The notes below the pieces were generated by a model. The model was not told where the DNA came from and did not search any database. It saw nothing but the letters and a program-made list of their open reading frames with translations. A program made the translations under genes and the position numbers. A stretch of DNA of 63,850 nucleotides, the filler included, from Leucoraja ocellata (lineage: Eukaryota), in NCBI GenBank assembly GCA_036785375.1. It is 5 parts of 5 records of this genome, joined end to end, with 100 filler letters (N's around TTAATTAATTAA, not from the genome) between each part and the next. Parts side by side here need not be neighbours in the genome. Positions count along the whole stretch, not along the records: positions 20,318 to 43,120 come from JAWMAR010000030.1; positions 43,221 to 50,556 come from JAWMAR010001777.1; positions 50,657 to 58,233 come from JAWMAR010000563.1; 2 more parts are not named here. One strand, 5' to 3'. Below, one piece after another: positions 38,036 to 51,007 of this stretch (positions are counted from its first letter, which is position 1; each line of letters begins with the position of its first letter).

Positions 38036-38281
38036 AGGGTCTGTCCCACTTGGCGATTTTTTCGGCGACTGCCGGCGTCATATGAATGTCGCCAAAAGAT
38101 TTTGAACATTTCAAAATCCAGCAGCGACAAAAAAAAGTTGCGACACTAGAAAAACACCGCGCGTCAATACACCATCATGCTGCGTTACCGCCGCCGATAC
38201 GCCGCAAATTTTTCGGTGACCTGATATGTCAGTCAATGATGCCGGCAGTTGCCGATACAATCGCCAAGTGGGCCAGGCCCT
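38036..38281. mobile_element. PIF/Harbinger-like MITE
   Basis: TIRs AGGGTCTGTCCCACTTGGCGA and TCGCCAAGTGGGCCAGGCCCT; 3-bp TSD TCA at 38033-38035 and 38282-38284; internally palindromic. Confidence 0.75.
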
Positions 38282-39094
38282 TCAGCTTGTGAAAAAACTA
38301 GTGTATACAATGTGGTAAGAGGACAAACGTCTGTGCATCAAACTCAGATCTTCATGAAAAATCCAAACAATATTCCCATTTTATAGCCACATGATTAATT
38401 AGTAGAGAGGCTTTTTTCTCCCAAAAAGTACTAAAACTATGTGAAAATAATAAATGCACCATTTCATTAAAGAAATAGATGAAAAAAGCGACATTTTTAA
38501 TGCTCCATAACAAGCGAGAATGTAGGCAAACCAGAACAAACTTATTATAATAGCTTATTATAATTCAGCTTCCAGTCAAAGCATTTGTAGCTTCCAACAT
38601 TTATCGTTAAACAGCAAAATCACTGCACATCAAATCAAATCATATCTTAAAAGTTGTCACCTGCCCACTGAATACAATTGTGATGCACTGCACTACAGTA
38701 TTTCTTTCATTTTAACACAAATTTTGACAGAATTCGTTTTGGCAAGAGCTCCACGGCATATTTTAGTTTAGTTTAGAGTTTATAGATACAGCATTGAAAA
38801 AGCATCTTCAGCCCATCAAGTTCATGCTGACCATCAATTACCTGTTCACATGTATTGCTATAATGTGCAACTTTCCCACTCCCTACACACTAAGGGCAAT
38901 TTACATGGGCCAATTAACTACAAACCCAGACATCTTTGGGATGTGGAAGAAAACTGAAGCACGGAGGAAATCCACATGCAAACTCCACACAGACAGCACC
39001 CGAAGTCAGGATCAAACCCAGGTCTCTGGTGCCAGACTTTCTTTTTTTACAGCAACCTCGATCAATATAATCAGGTAAGCAATGAAATTATAAC

Positions 39095-39632
39095 ACCTGT
39101 CGCTATACCTCCTCCCTCGACTCTGTCCAGGGACCCCAACAGTCCTTTCAGGTTAGGCAGAGGTTCACTTGCACCTCCTCCAACCTCATCTACTGTATCC
39201 TTTGTTCAAGATGTTGACTCTTATACATCGGCGAGATCAAACGCAGACCGGGGGATCATTTCGCGGAACACCTTCGCTCAGCCCACATGAACCAACCTGA
39301 GGCTAAACGCAAATTGGAGGAACAGCATCTCATATTTTGCTTTGGCTGCTTACAGCCCAATGGTTTGAATATTGATTTATCTCACTCCAAGTAGCACCAG
39401 CATTCCCTCTCTCTCTCTCTCTCTCCCTCACCCACCTAAGTCGCACTAGCTTCTCATCCACATCATCATCGATATCTCTCCTTTCCCTGGTCCCTAACCA
39501 GTCTGAAGAAGTGTCTCGACCCGAAACGCCACCCATTCCTTCTCTCCAGAGATGTTGCCTTTCCCATTGAGTTACTCCAGCTTTTTGTGTCTATCTTCGG
39601 TTTAAACCAGCATCTGCAGTTTCTTCTTACAA
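39095..39632 (+). mobile_element. Degenerate Penelope 3' portion (GIY-YIG remnant, hammerhead at ~39503-39530)
   Basis: RFTCTSSNLIYC...YIGE remnant, and ctgaagaagtgtctcgacccgaaacg. Confidence 0.75.
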
Positions 39633-40019
39633 ATTATAATCATGGACAAGTTAGATCGGTAGGCATCATTCTAAAATAATTTTTGAAAGAAAAACTATTA
39701 GCCATGCACAGTAATATCCAATCTTTTTCCATTGGCTGGCTAAATATTGCTTGACTTTCAATCACTTAGCGGAGACCGATCTAGACCAAAGAGGACAAAG
39801 CGACAGTTTTGATAACTGGTAATGTTCCATATTCACTAAGGCGTCCTCTGCTAACTATTCCAAAGACCAGGTCGAGATGATAAGGAAGAGTTTCCTAACT
39901 AGACAGCATAATTTAATAAATCACAATTACTAAACAAAATAAACACCAATAAAAAACCTCAACCTTTGAGACCACTGAAAAAACAATTACAATAGATCAG
40001 CACTGTGCAAAGCTCCTAC

Positions 40020-40112
40020 CTTGAGAGCACAGAAGATGCAGGAATCCCCCATACATTTGTGAGTGGTTAACTGCCTGAAACTCCTTCGAAATATATCAAG
40101 ATGCCAAAGAAC
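40020..40112 (-). CDS. USP54: USP54 coding exon 2
   Basis: catag|[31 protein letters not shown]|gtagg; 93 nt, phase 0/0. Confidence 0.93.
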
Positions 40113-40799
40113 CTATGAAGGAGGATTTATGGAAATAAGTTATTCAATGACATTTTAAATATTATTCTCATTAATGTAAGATATTGTAAAACAAAAACAT
40201 GTATCAATTAAAAACAAATGCATAGCTTGAGGTGACTGCTTGCTTTCATCAGAACTACTGTCTCTGAATTCTCAATTGATTTACCAAAATATAAGATGAC
40301 TGTTTGCACGGCCAATTAAATCTATGCTAATATTTGCACAAGGGTTACATCTGGTCTTCGTAAATATGAATGATCTTATACAGTATTCCAGTTTAGAAAG
40401 GGGAGGATACTTGGATATTTCAGAAAAACAGCACAGAAGCACATCTTCTGGTGCCTGGACTTCTTCTTTTACAAAATGCATCGATCAACCCCCCCCTCCC
40501 CCCCCCCCCCCCCCCCCATTAAACTCGTTCAATCTAACTTTGTAATTGAACATTGTTGATTTCTGAGAGATGAAATTCCCTGTCCTCCTCCACAACACTG
40601 TTTACATCTTGAATCCTGTCAATTCATATAAATGTATCAAATTCTCTATAATTTCAACTGTCATCTTGAACGGGGAAAATAATACAATTTATATCTTCTT
40701 TTCTACATTTCAAGTAATAACCTCAGCAATAAATTTAATTCAAGCCCAATTTTTTGTTTAAAAGCAGATTGCTTTGCAACAGCACTGGCTCCCATCAAT

Positions 40800-41500
40800 T
40801 GATTCAGGGAGAGCAACCTAATTGGAAACAGAATTGTCTTAATGGTAGGAAGCAGAAATGATGATGGAGGGTTGTTTTTGAAGGAGAGCAGTGTGACTAG
40901 TGATGTGCCTCAAGGATCGGTGCTGGGCTCATTGTTGTTTATCACCCATATCAACCACTTTGATGAAAATGTACAAGACATGATTAGTAAGTTTGCATGT
41001 TTGTATTATGGTAAGTCAAACCAGGGTAGAACTTTCACAGTGAATAGTAGGGCCTTGGGGAGTATTGTAGAACGATGAGACCGAGGAGCACGTGCATAGT
41101 TTCCAGCTAGTAGTGTCACAGGTCGACAGAGCGGTGAAGAAGGCTTTTGACACTGGTCTTCATTAGTAAGAGCATTGAGTATAGAAGTTGGAACATTATG
41201 CTATAGTTGTACAAGATTTTGATAAGGCCGCACTTGGAAAATTATGCTTAGTTTTGGCCACCCTGGCATTGAGATGAACAGAGTGTAGAAAAGATAAACG
41301 AGAATCTTGCCAGAACCCGAGGGACTGAATCTTAGGAAAAGGTTGGGCAGGCTAGACCTTTATTTCTTGGAGCGTAGGAGACTGTGGGGCGTTCGTATAG
41401 AGGGGCGTGTATAGGGTGAATACACAGTTTTTGTCCCATGGTTGGGGAATCAAAAATAAGAGGTTATTGGTTTGAGAGTAAAAGAAGAAAGATGTAAGAG
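40800..41500 (+). mobile_element. Old CR1 fragment
   Basis: ORF 40842..41078, [13 protein letters not shown]...ISKFA. Confidence 0.7.
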
Positions 41501-42504
41501 TAACCTGGTTAATTAGTGAATTAGATGGGTTTTCAATCAACAAAAGTCATTCTTCACAAAAACATTTCTTTGAGTTAAAATCACCCAGCAATCATGATGG
41601 GATTTGGAAGACATGTTACTCCAGACCTCTGAATGACTGGTTCATGCCTATGATTACTAGTCCTGAAACGTGACCAGTATGCTACTGTGTGTACTCCAGT
41701 GAATGAAAAGTTGAATCAGAAACATTAAAATGGAAAGTAGGCCAGGGAGATTTAGAACCTCATCATGTGAAATGCAAATTCTTTCATCTTGCATGTTAAA
41801 TTAGCTGATCTGTACTCTTGAAGAATAACAATCTGACCATCACCAATTTTATTAAATTAGTATGAAAGATTCACAAGTCTGGTGTTACACGAGTGCACTA
41901 CTTGCAATGCATGTGCCCAAGTGTTTCACCCATGCACATACACTCTCCAGAACACCTGTAATTGGAGCGTTCCTCGTTTCAATCAGATTGCGAGGAAGTA
42001 ACATGTTCATGACACCCCCATGAGAAAAAAAGTTTAGAGATCGGATAAAAATCAAAAGTCGTCACAACATAGTAATAATTGCCCTCATTCAGTCTAGCAA
42101 AACTGAGGCAACTGTATCATTTGTAAACATTAGATAAGCTTATTTCAATTAAAAGTATGATCCAAATCAAAAACTTAAACCAGAATATTTAACAGGTAAA
42201 GACTGCAGTTTACAACTGCAGTTTGAATTGTAAAGTCCGAGTAGTAATGGGATTTTTTCCTATTAGAATTTTCTCAAAGCCTCTGAACAAATATTCTAAT
42301 TATTGAAGTAAAATAATATACAGGTGTATTAGAATAATGGCAAAATAGTGATGTGCTTGATGAGCTCTCCTTTAGCTTCTAAAGTTACAAAGGTGATAAT
42401 AAAAAATTGTTGGCACATCAATTTGTTAAGATTTAAACCAAAAAGCTAATTCTCAAATTGTATCTATCGAGCAATATCAGATATTGACATGAAGAGCTAC
42501 TTAC

Positions 42505-42648
42505 TTGTAACGCACTGTTGAGAAAGCAGCTGTTCTGCCCAGGTTCATTCATTAGTCCCTTACTTGCCGCGATAGACGTTGTGCTCCGGGGCATAAACAT
42601 CCCCTGCAGATTATTGTTCGGTGTGAAATAATTCTTCCTCCAGGACAT
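42505..42648 (-). CDS. USP54: Ubiquitin-specific peptidase 54, coding exon 1
   Basis: [48 protein letters not shown]|gtaagt; 144 nt. Matches the vertebrate USP54 N-terminus (MSW..NYF) and the Cys box [12 protein letters not shown]. Confidence 0.93.
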
Positions 42649-43311
42649 CTTAGCTGAATACTTTCACACTTTAATACTTAGTGTTTTACAGCAAAATTGC
42701 TGTTTTTGTTAGCCGAAGGGGCAGATCATCTCACATCAGATTACAAAGTATAAATTTAACGTCACTCAAGTTGTCCCACGAATGTGCATTAAACATCATA
42801 GTAGGGGGTAGACCTTCAGCACCCATTCCTCGAAATTCCATTACAGTACTGTAGACAAAAACCAATATCAAACATTTCTTCCTTTTGCTCCAACATAAGT
42901 TTTAAAACAGCGCCTCATGATAAATTACTCCCACATTGAGGCTGTCCAAATTGTTTGTATAATTCCACAAGCAATTAATTTGAGTCATTAATCCAGCTCC
43001 AGTGTTTTAGACTCACAGAAAAGTGACCCAGCTTTCACAGTACCACAAGCTGTAATTTTTAACTCACAATCTGGAAATGAAGATTCCCATCACTTAGCAA
43101 TAACTGAAGGCCCAATAGAANNNNNNNNNNNNNNNNNNNNNNNNNNNNNNNNNNNNNNNNNNNNTTAATTAATTAANNNNNNNNNNNNNNNNNNNNNNNN
43201 NNNNNNNNNNNNNNNNNNNNCCATGTACTTCCAGGCCCAAGTAAGAACTTAATTGTACCGCTTTCGGCACATGAAAATTATACATTCTTGATACTTGACG
43301 CGTCACGTGTT

Positions 43312-45800
43312 AGAAACATAGAGGAAACATAGAAACATGGAAAAATATGTGCAAGAGTAGGCCATTCGGCCCTCCGAACAGGAACCACCATTCAACATAA
43401 TCATGGCTGATCATCTAAATTCAGTACCCCGTTCGTGCTTTTTCCCCATATCCCTTGATTCCATTTGTCCTAAGAGCTAAATCTAACTCTCTCTTGAAAA
43501 GATCCAGAGAATTGGCTCTGCTGCCTTCTGTGGCAGATAATTCTGCAGATTCACAAGTCCCTGGGTGAATTTTTTTATCCTCATCTCAGTCCTACATGGC
43601 CTATCCCTTATTCCTAAACCGTGACCTCTGGTTCTGGACTCCCCCAACGTCGGGAAAATGTTTCCTGCATCTAGCCGCTCAGTCCCACCATCCCGGGAAT
43701 TAACCTGGTGAACCTACTCTGCACTCCCTCAATAGCAATAATGTCCTTCCTGAAATTTGGAGACCAAAATTGCACACAATACTCCAGGTGTGGTCTCACC
43801 TGGGCCCTGTACAACTGCCAGTAGGTGCGACAGAGGTTTACCTGCATCTCTTCCAACCTCATCTATTGCGTCCGCTGCTCTAGATGTCAGCAGATCTATA
43901 TCGGTGAGACCAAGCGGAGGTTGGGCGATCGTTTCGCCGAACACCTCCGCTCGGTCCGCAATAACCAAGCTGACCTCCCGGTGGCTCAGCACTTCAACTC
44001 CCCCTCCCACTCCGTCTCCGACCTCTCTGTCCTGGGTCTCCTCCATGGCCACAGCGAGCAGCACCGGATATTGGAGGAACAGCACCTCATATTCCGTTTG
44101 GGGAGTCTGCATCCTGGGGGCATGAACATCGAATTCTCCCAATTTTGTTAGTCCTTGCTGTCTCCTCCCCTTCCTCAGCCCCCCTGCTGTCTCCTCCCAT
44201 CCCCCAGCCTTCTGGCTACTCCTCCTTTTCCCTTTCTTGTCCCCACCCACCCCCGCCCCCGATCAGTCTGAAGAAGGGTTTCGGCCCGAAACGTTGCCTA
44301 TTTCCTTCGCTCCATAGATGCTGCTGCACCCGCTGAGTTTCTCCAGCTTTTTTGTGTAACCTGCCAGTAGGACCTCCTTGCTCCAAAACTCAAATCCTCT
44401 CGCAATGAAGGCCAACATGCCATTAGATTTCTTCACTGCCTGCCGTACCTGCATGCTCACTTTCAGGACTGATGTACAAGCACACCACGTCTTGTTGCAC
44501 CTCCCCTTTTCCAAATCTGACACCATTCAGATAATAAACTGCCTTCCTGTTCTTGCCACCAAAATGGGTAACCTCACATGTATCCACATTATACTGCATG
44601 CATCTGTCTTATTTTAAGTCACCTTGCAGCCTTATAGCATCCTCATCGCAGCTCCCACTGCCACCCAGCTTTGCGTCATCCGTAAATTTAACTTGGAAAT
44701 GACACATTTAATTCCCTCGTCTAAATCGTTAATGAATATTGTAAATAACTGGGGTCCCAGCCCCGAGCCTTGCCGCACATCATTTGTCACTGCCTGGCAT
44801 TCTGAAAAGGACCAGTTATGCCTACTCTTTGCTTCCTGTCTGACAACCAGTTCTCTATCCATGTCAATACCCTTCCCCCATTACCATGTGAACTAATTAT
44901 CCACACTAGTCTCTTGTGTGGGACCTTGTCAAAGGTTTTTTGAAAGTCCAGATACACCACATCTACTGGCTCTCCCTTATCCATTCTACTTGTTGCTTCC
45001 TCAAAAAATTCCAGAAGATTAGTCAAGCATGATTTCCCTTCATAAAGCCATGCAGACTTTGACCAATCCTGTCACTGTTTTCCAAATGCGCTGCTATAAC
45101 ATCTTTATTAATTGACTCCAGCATCTTCCCCACGACCGATGTAAGGCTAACTGGTCTATAATTCCCCGTTTTCTCTCTCCCTCCTTTCTTAAAAAGTGGA
45201 GTTACAACGGCTGCACTTCAGTCTACAGGAACGGATCCAGTCGGGAGAATATTGGAAAATGATCACCATTGCATTCACGATTTCTAGAGCCACCTGCTTG
45301 AGTACTCTGGGATGCAGACTAACAGGCCCTGGGGATTTATTTGTCTTCAGCCCCAACAGTTTGCATACACCATTTCCTGACTAACGTGGGTTCCCTTCAG
45401 TTCCTCCCTCCCACTAATTCCTCGGTCCCCTCGTATTTCTGGGAGATTGTTTGTGTCTTTCTTAGTAAATACTGAACCAACGTACTCGTTTAACTGATCT
45501 GCCATTTCCTTGCTTTCCATTAGAAATTCACCTGTCTCTGATTGTAAGTGACCTAAGTTTTCTTCACTGATCTTTTCCTTTTTACATATCTAAAGAAGCA
45601 ATTGCAGTCAGTTTTAATATTCCCCGCAAGCGTTCTTTCATGTTCTCTTTTCCCGCTCTTAATTAACCCTTTTTTCCCTCCCATGTTGAGTTCTAAATTT
45701 CTCCCAGTCCTCTGGCCAATTTATATAACCTCTTCCCTGGATTTAACACTATCCTTGATTTCCCTCGTTAGTCACGTTGAGCCGCCTTCCCCATATTGTT
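43312..45800 (-). mobile_element. Degenerate CR1 LINE (~2 kb, RT domain); mirrored at ~61810-63760 (+)
   Basis: ORF 44787..45026, TNLLEFFEE...VDVVYLDFQKTFDKVPH, plus frameshifted downstream parts. Confidence 0.85.
43826..44360 (+). mobile_element. Young Penelope insertion (GIY-YIG part + pseudo-LTR; hammerhead 44268-44295)
   Basis: ORF 43825..44151 is nearly identical to the 6835..7575 protein. TSD CTGCCAGTAGG at 43815-43825 and 44361-44371. The empty site is in the duplicate copy at about 63246-63256. Confidence 0.92.
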
Positions 45801-46646
45801 TCTTTCTCCAGCCGGGGATGAACACATTTTGGAGTTCAGCCACCATTCAATGATCATCAATGATAGGCTGTTTTATACAGTAAATTGCTAGATACTGAAG
45901 GACATGGATGTGCTGAGGGATCTTGGAGTCCAAGTTCATAGCTCACTACAGTTGGCAGCACATGTAGATGGTAAAGTGGATGTATGGTATACTTGCGTTC
46001 ATTGCTAGAGGTGTTGAGCATAAGGGTCAGAAACATGATGCAGTTCTATATGAGTTTGATGAGGCAGTAATTGGAGTATTGAGTACAGATCCGATCGCCC
46101 CATTAAAAGGAAGGAATTGAGGTTTTGGAGAGGGTACAAAACAGGTTAACCAGAATTATACTGCATCTGCCATGCATTTGCCCACTAACCCAGCCTATCC
46201 AAGCCACCTTGCAGCCTCCTAGCATCCTCTTAACCAGAATAACCAGAATGCTGCCTGGATCAGGCACAGGGAGAGATTGGATACCCGTGGATTGCTTTCT
46301 CTGGAATGTCGGAGGTTCGTGGGGGACTTGATAGACGTATATACAATGATGAGAGTCATTGAAATGGTAGATATTTAGTATCATTTTCCAGGATTGAAAT
46401 GTCCAACACGAGAAGACGTAGCTATAAGGTGTGAGGGGGAACGTTGAATACAGATGGGCGAGGCAAGTATTTACATGGAAGGTACGGACCAGGAACACAT
46501 GATGGTGGTGTGGGTGGATATGATAGCGGTGTTTAAGAGGCTCATTGTAGGTACAGGGAAGTGCAGAGAGTACAAGGATATGGATCAGGACAGGCAGGTC
46601 AGTGGGCTTAATGTTCGCTACAAACATTGCATTCTTAAGGTTCCTA

Positions 46647-48200
46647 AGGATTTGGATGAGGGAATTGAATGCAACATCTCCAAGTTTGCAGATGACACGA
46701 AACAGGGGAGCAGTGTTAGCTGTGAAGAGGATGCTAGGAGGCGGCAAGGTGACTTGGATAGGCTGGGTGAGTGGACAAATGCATGGCAGGTGCAGTATAA
46801 TGTGGATAAATGTGAGGTTATCCACTTTGGTGGCAAAAGCAGGAAAGTAGACTATTATCTGAATGGTGGCCGATTAGGAAAAGGGGAGATGCAGCGAGAC
46901 CTGGGTGTCATGGTACACCAGTCATTGAAAGTAGGCATGCAGGTGCAGCAGGCAGTGAAGAAAGCAAATGGTATTTTAGCATTCATAGCAAAAGGATTTG
47001 AGTATAGGAGCAGGGAGGTTCTACTGCAGTTGTACAGGGTCTTGGTGAGACCACACCTGGAGTATTGCGTACAGTTTTGGTCTCCAGATCTGAGGAAGGA
47101 CATTCTTGCCATAGAGGGAGTACAGAGAAGGTTCACCAGACTGATTCCTGGGATGTCAGGACTTTCATATGAAGAAAGACTGGATAGACTCGGCTTGTAC
47201 TCGCTAGAATTTAGAAGATTAAGGGGAGATCTTATAGAAACTTACAACATTCTTAAGGGGTTGGACAGGCTAGATGCAGGAAGATTGTTTCCGGTTGGGG
47301 AAGTCCAGAACAAGGGGCCACACACAGTTCACCCCCTCTCCTCTTCCCCTCCGCTCCTCTGCCCACACTCTCTACACCACCCCCCCCTTCCCCCCTCTCT
47401 AGATGTGACTGCAAGTTGGGGGCTATGCGTCAGTAGATAGGGTGGTTATGGGGTAAAAGGAGCAAATTAATAATATTAATATAATATCAAGGGGGGTAAT
47501 TAGCGTAAGTGCGGGGCGGGGGGGGGGGGGGGGGTAGTTAGTGTGTGTGACGCTGCATGCCGCCTCCCCCCCACAACCGCACGTTGGGGGGAACAGACCC
47601 AACGGGTCTGCACTTGGTCTAGTATTTCCTAAATGCTGTGTTTGTCCCTACCTCCACCATCCTCCTTCCTCCTAATCTGAGAAAAGACATTATTGCCATA
47701 GAGGGAGTACAGAGAAGGTTCACCAGACTGATTCCTGGGATGTCAGGACTTTCATATGAAGAAAGACTGGATAGATTTGGCTTGTACTCGCTAGAATTTA
47801 GAAGATTGAGGGGGGATCTTATAGAAACTTACAAAATTCTTAAGGGGTTGGACAGGCTAGATGCAGGAAGATTGTTCCTGATGTTGGGGAAGTCCAGAAC
47901 AAGGGGTCACAGTTCAAGGATAAGGGGGAAATCTTTTTGGACCGAGATGAGAAAAACATTTTTCACACAGAGAGTGGTGAATCTCTGGAATTCTCTGCCG
48001 CAGAAGGTAGTTGATGCCAGTTCATTGGCTATATTTAAGAGGGAGTTAGATGTGGCCCTTGTGGCTAAAGGGATCAGGGGTATGGAGAGAAGGCAGGTAC
48101 AGGATACTGAGTTGGATGATCAGCCATGATCATATTGAATGGCCGTGCAGGCTCGAAGGGCCGAATGGCCTACTCCTGCACCTATTTTCTATGTTTCTAT
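46647..48200 (+). mobile_element. CR1-A fragments (46647-47320; 47668-48200); mirrored at ~59418-60965 (minus)
   Basis: ORFs 46454..47440 and 47638..48129; tail tatgtttctatg at about 48190. Confidence 0.88.
47400..47622 (+). mobile_element. Possible non-autonomous Helitron 3' end (mirrored at ~59999-60215)
   Basis: Hairpin CAGACCC-AAC-GGGTCTG at 47594-47610, then 8 nt, then CTAG at 47619-47622 followed by T. The 5' end is not defined. Confidence 0.5.
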
Positions 48201-49184
48201 GTCGCGTTACAGCCAATATTCAATAAATCTCTGCACCTGTGTATATATTTTTAGCCTATTTTCTGTATTCACCACAATCAGAGGCAACATGCATTTTACC
48301 TGTTTATATCATGTTGTTTATTTAATCTCACGATATCATCATCATATTCATACTTTATTAGCCAAGTATGTTTTGCAACACACGAGGAATTTGTTTTGCC
48401 GTACAGTCATACCAATAAAAAGCAATAGAACACACAAAATACATTAGAACATGAACATCCACCACAGTGACTCCTCCACATTCCTCACTGTGTTGGAAGG
48501 CAAAAATTGTTCAACCTCTTCCCTTCTTTGATCTCCCACGGTTCTGGGCCTCGAGCTTCCGTTGATCTAGACTCCTGTAGCCGGCGGTGGTCCCTCCGCA
48601 TCAGGGTGATCAAGCTCCTGTATCAGGGGATCTCAGCTCCCCATGCCAGGCGATCTGACCCCCAGGTTGGGGCTGGTTAAACCTTCTGTGTCGTTGGAGC
48701 TTACCGACTCGGTCTCTCCCGAGACTGCGAGCTCTTTGATGTTAAAGTCTGCGGTTGGAGCGTCGATCCAAGGCAAGAGATCGGCTGCGATGGTAAGTCC
48801 ACGGCCCCGCGGTGGGGCACAAAGTTAGTCCCGAGCAAGGCCGCCAGCTCCATGATGTTAGGCCGCAGAGCGACCGGAGATATGATCCGGAAAACAATCG
48901 CATCTCCGGCAAGGTAAGAGATTGAAAAAAACTTTCCCCTGACCCCATCCCTCATCCCCCACATAAAACAAACCAGAGAACATTAGCACAAACCTTCAAA
49001 ACACACAAAAATAATAAAACCGACGATATATTGTCCAACTTGTTGTTTTATTTAACCTTGTCTTTGCCCCGCATAAACCATATTAGACCTACCCCCATAT
49101 TCATTAAACTCACTGTACATGAAAAGGTAATAATGATCCGCTCTTTTCACAATGTATCGTGTTTTCTTTTCTCATATTTAGTTT

Positions 49185-49480
49185 TGTTTAGTTTGGAGAC
49201 ACAGCGCGGAAACAAGCCCTTCGGACCTCCGAGTCCACGCCGACCAGTGGCCCCCATACACCAGCACTATCCAACGCACTAGGGACAATCTACATTCCTT
49301 TCCAAAGCCAATTAACCAACAAAGCTACACGTCTTTGGAGTGTGGGAGGAAACCGGAACAGCCGGAGAAAACGCACGCGGTCACATGGAGAACGGACATA
49401 CACCGTACAGACAGCCTCCAGTCAGGATTGAATCTGGATCTCTGGTGCTGTAAGGCAGCAACTCTACCACTATGCCAGCC
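49185..49480 (-). mobile_element. HE1-like tRNA-derived SINE; other copies at 50657-50915 (+), 54709-55005 (+), ~15385-15605, ~38790-39035 and ~55525-55615 (minus)
   Basis: A-box-like ggcatagtggtagag and B-box-like ggttcaatcc head, central gtacgttctcc..gtgacc..gtgggtttt block, and a LINE-derived 3' end. Confidence 0.75.
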
Positions 49481-51007
49481 TGTCATCCCATATGCCACTG
49501 TGCCACCCCCTATATCTACTATAATAGACAATGTCATTATTTATGGGCTGTATTTATTTATATAACATTTGGAATCTCTAAACTAAAAAAATTAATTAAC
49601 TATAATACCATGAAGCACAATTCCATGTCACATTAGGCCTTACGTCTCCATACTTTACACTGAAACACGCATTCATCTGCCAAGCCCAACATCTGTCTCA
49701 ACCTTCTGTATCTTACACTGAGCACACTCCCCAATAGTCTTGCAAAGACACTATATAGACCATAGAAATGTACAGCACAGTTTCATGTCTTTCGACTCAC
49801 AATCTCTCTACTAAATATAATGCCAAGATAAACTAATCTCACCTATGTGCAAATGATTCACATCCCGCCACTCTCTGCATATCCATATGCCTGTTTAAAT
49901 CCTTCTGGTACATTACACAATGTGTTTCAAGCACCTATCCACTTCATATGCTGCACTATGTCTACAATAATTACACCCCAAAATGCCGCCGGCTGTAAAG
50001 CACGAGGGCGCGTCTATATTTATTTCAGACTGTATTAATCCTACAGAGACTGTAGCAGTCTGGAATAAAGTTATCCGTGTTGGCAAGTTGGGTTAAGGCC
50101 ACATATTTTCTCAGTTGCACTACCGGACCTGGGCTGCGCCACTTTTTATGCAACAAATATACAAAAAATACAACAAGTATTTGAAAATTGTGAATAAACT
50201 TTATCAACAGATATAATCACTTTGGTTCTCGGTTAAAAGAAAGATGGAAACCTGCAATGATGGAAATACTGCACCTTGCATCTATTTTAATGTCACCGTA
50301 AATTATCTATCTTTATAGATGCAGAAAATCTCAAAGCACTTGACTTTGTGGCCAAGTTAGCAGATGATATGAACGTAGGTGGAGGGACAGGTAGTGTAGA
50401 GGATCAGGAGCCTGCAGATGAACTGGACATGTTGGTAGAATGGGCCAACAAGGATATGGAAAATGTTGAGCCATGTTTGGGCCCATATCTGTGGAGGGAT
50501 AAGCTGGCCTTGGATAGGGTTCCAATGAGGCTGAGAATAATGATCTGTGGGTGATTNNNNNNNNNNNNNNNNNNNNNNNNNNNNNNNNNNNNNNNNNNNN
50601 TTAATTAATTAANNNNNNNNNNNNNNNNNNNNNNNNNNNNNNNNNNNNNNNNNNNNTCGATCCTGACTACAAGAGCTGTCTGAAAGGACATTGTACGTTC
50701 TCCCTGGGACTGCGTGGGTTTTCTCCGGGTGCTTCGGTTTCCTCACTCATTCCAAACAAATACAGGCTTGTGGGTTAATTGGCTTAGGTAAAATTGTAAA
50801 TTGTCCCCAGTGTGCTGGATAATGTAAATGTACGGGATGATCACTGTTCGGCAACGACTCAGTGAGCTGAATGGCCTGTTTCTGCACTTTATCTCTAAAG
50901 TCTAAAGTCTAAATCCACAGGTGAGGTAAGAGTGTGAGTTGAGGCTGTTATCTCAGTCCATGAGGTTTATGGTCTCAAGTGATCAGACTCATTCACTTGC
51001 CACTTAC

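Noticed and set aside
23570-42648. USP53, or a truncated USP54 pseudogene
   Set aside because: The MSW..NYF start and the exon sequences match USP54. All five exons are open with canonical splice sites, and the truncation coincides with a contig gap.
46454-47440. Longest ORF (328 aa) as a novel RT-fusion gene
   Set aside because: A chance in-frame fusion of decayed repeat sequence with a truncated CR1 ORF2. The duplicate copy (60179-61160) is broken by a stop and a frameshift.
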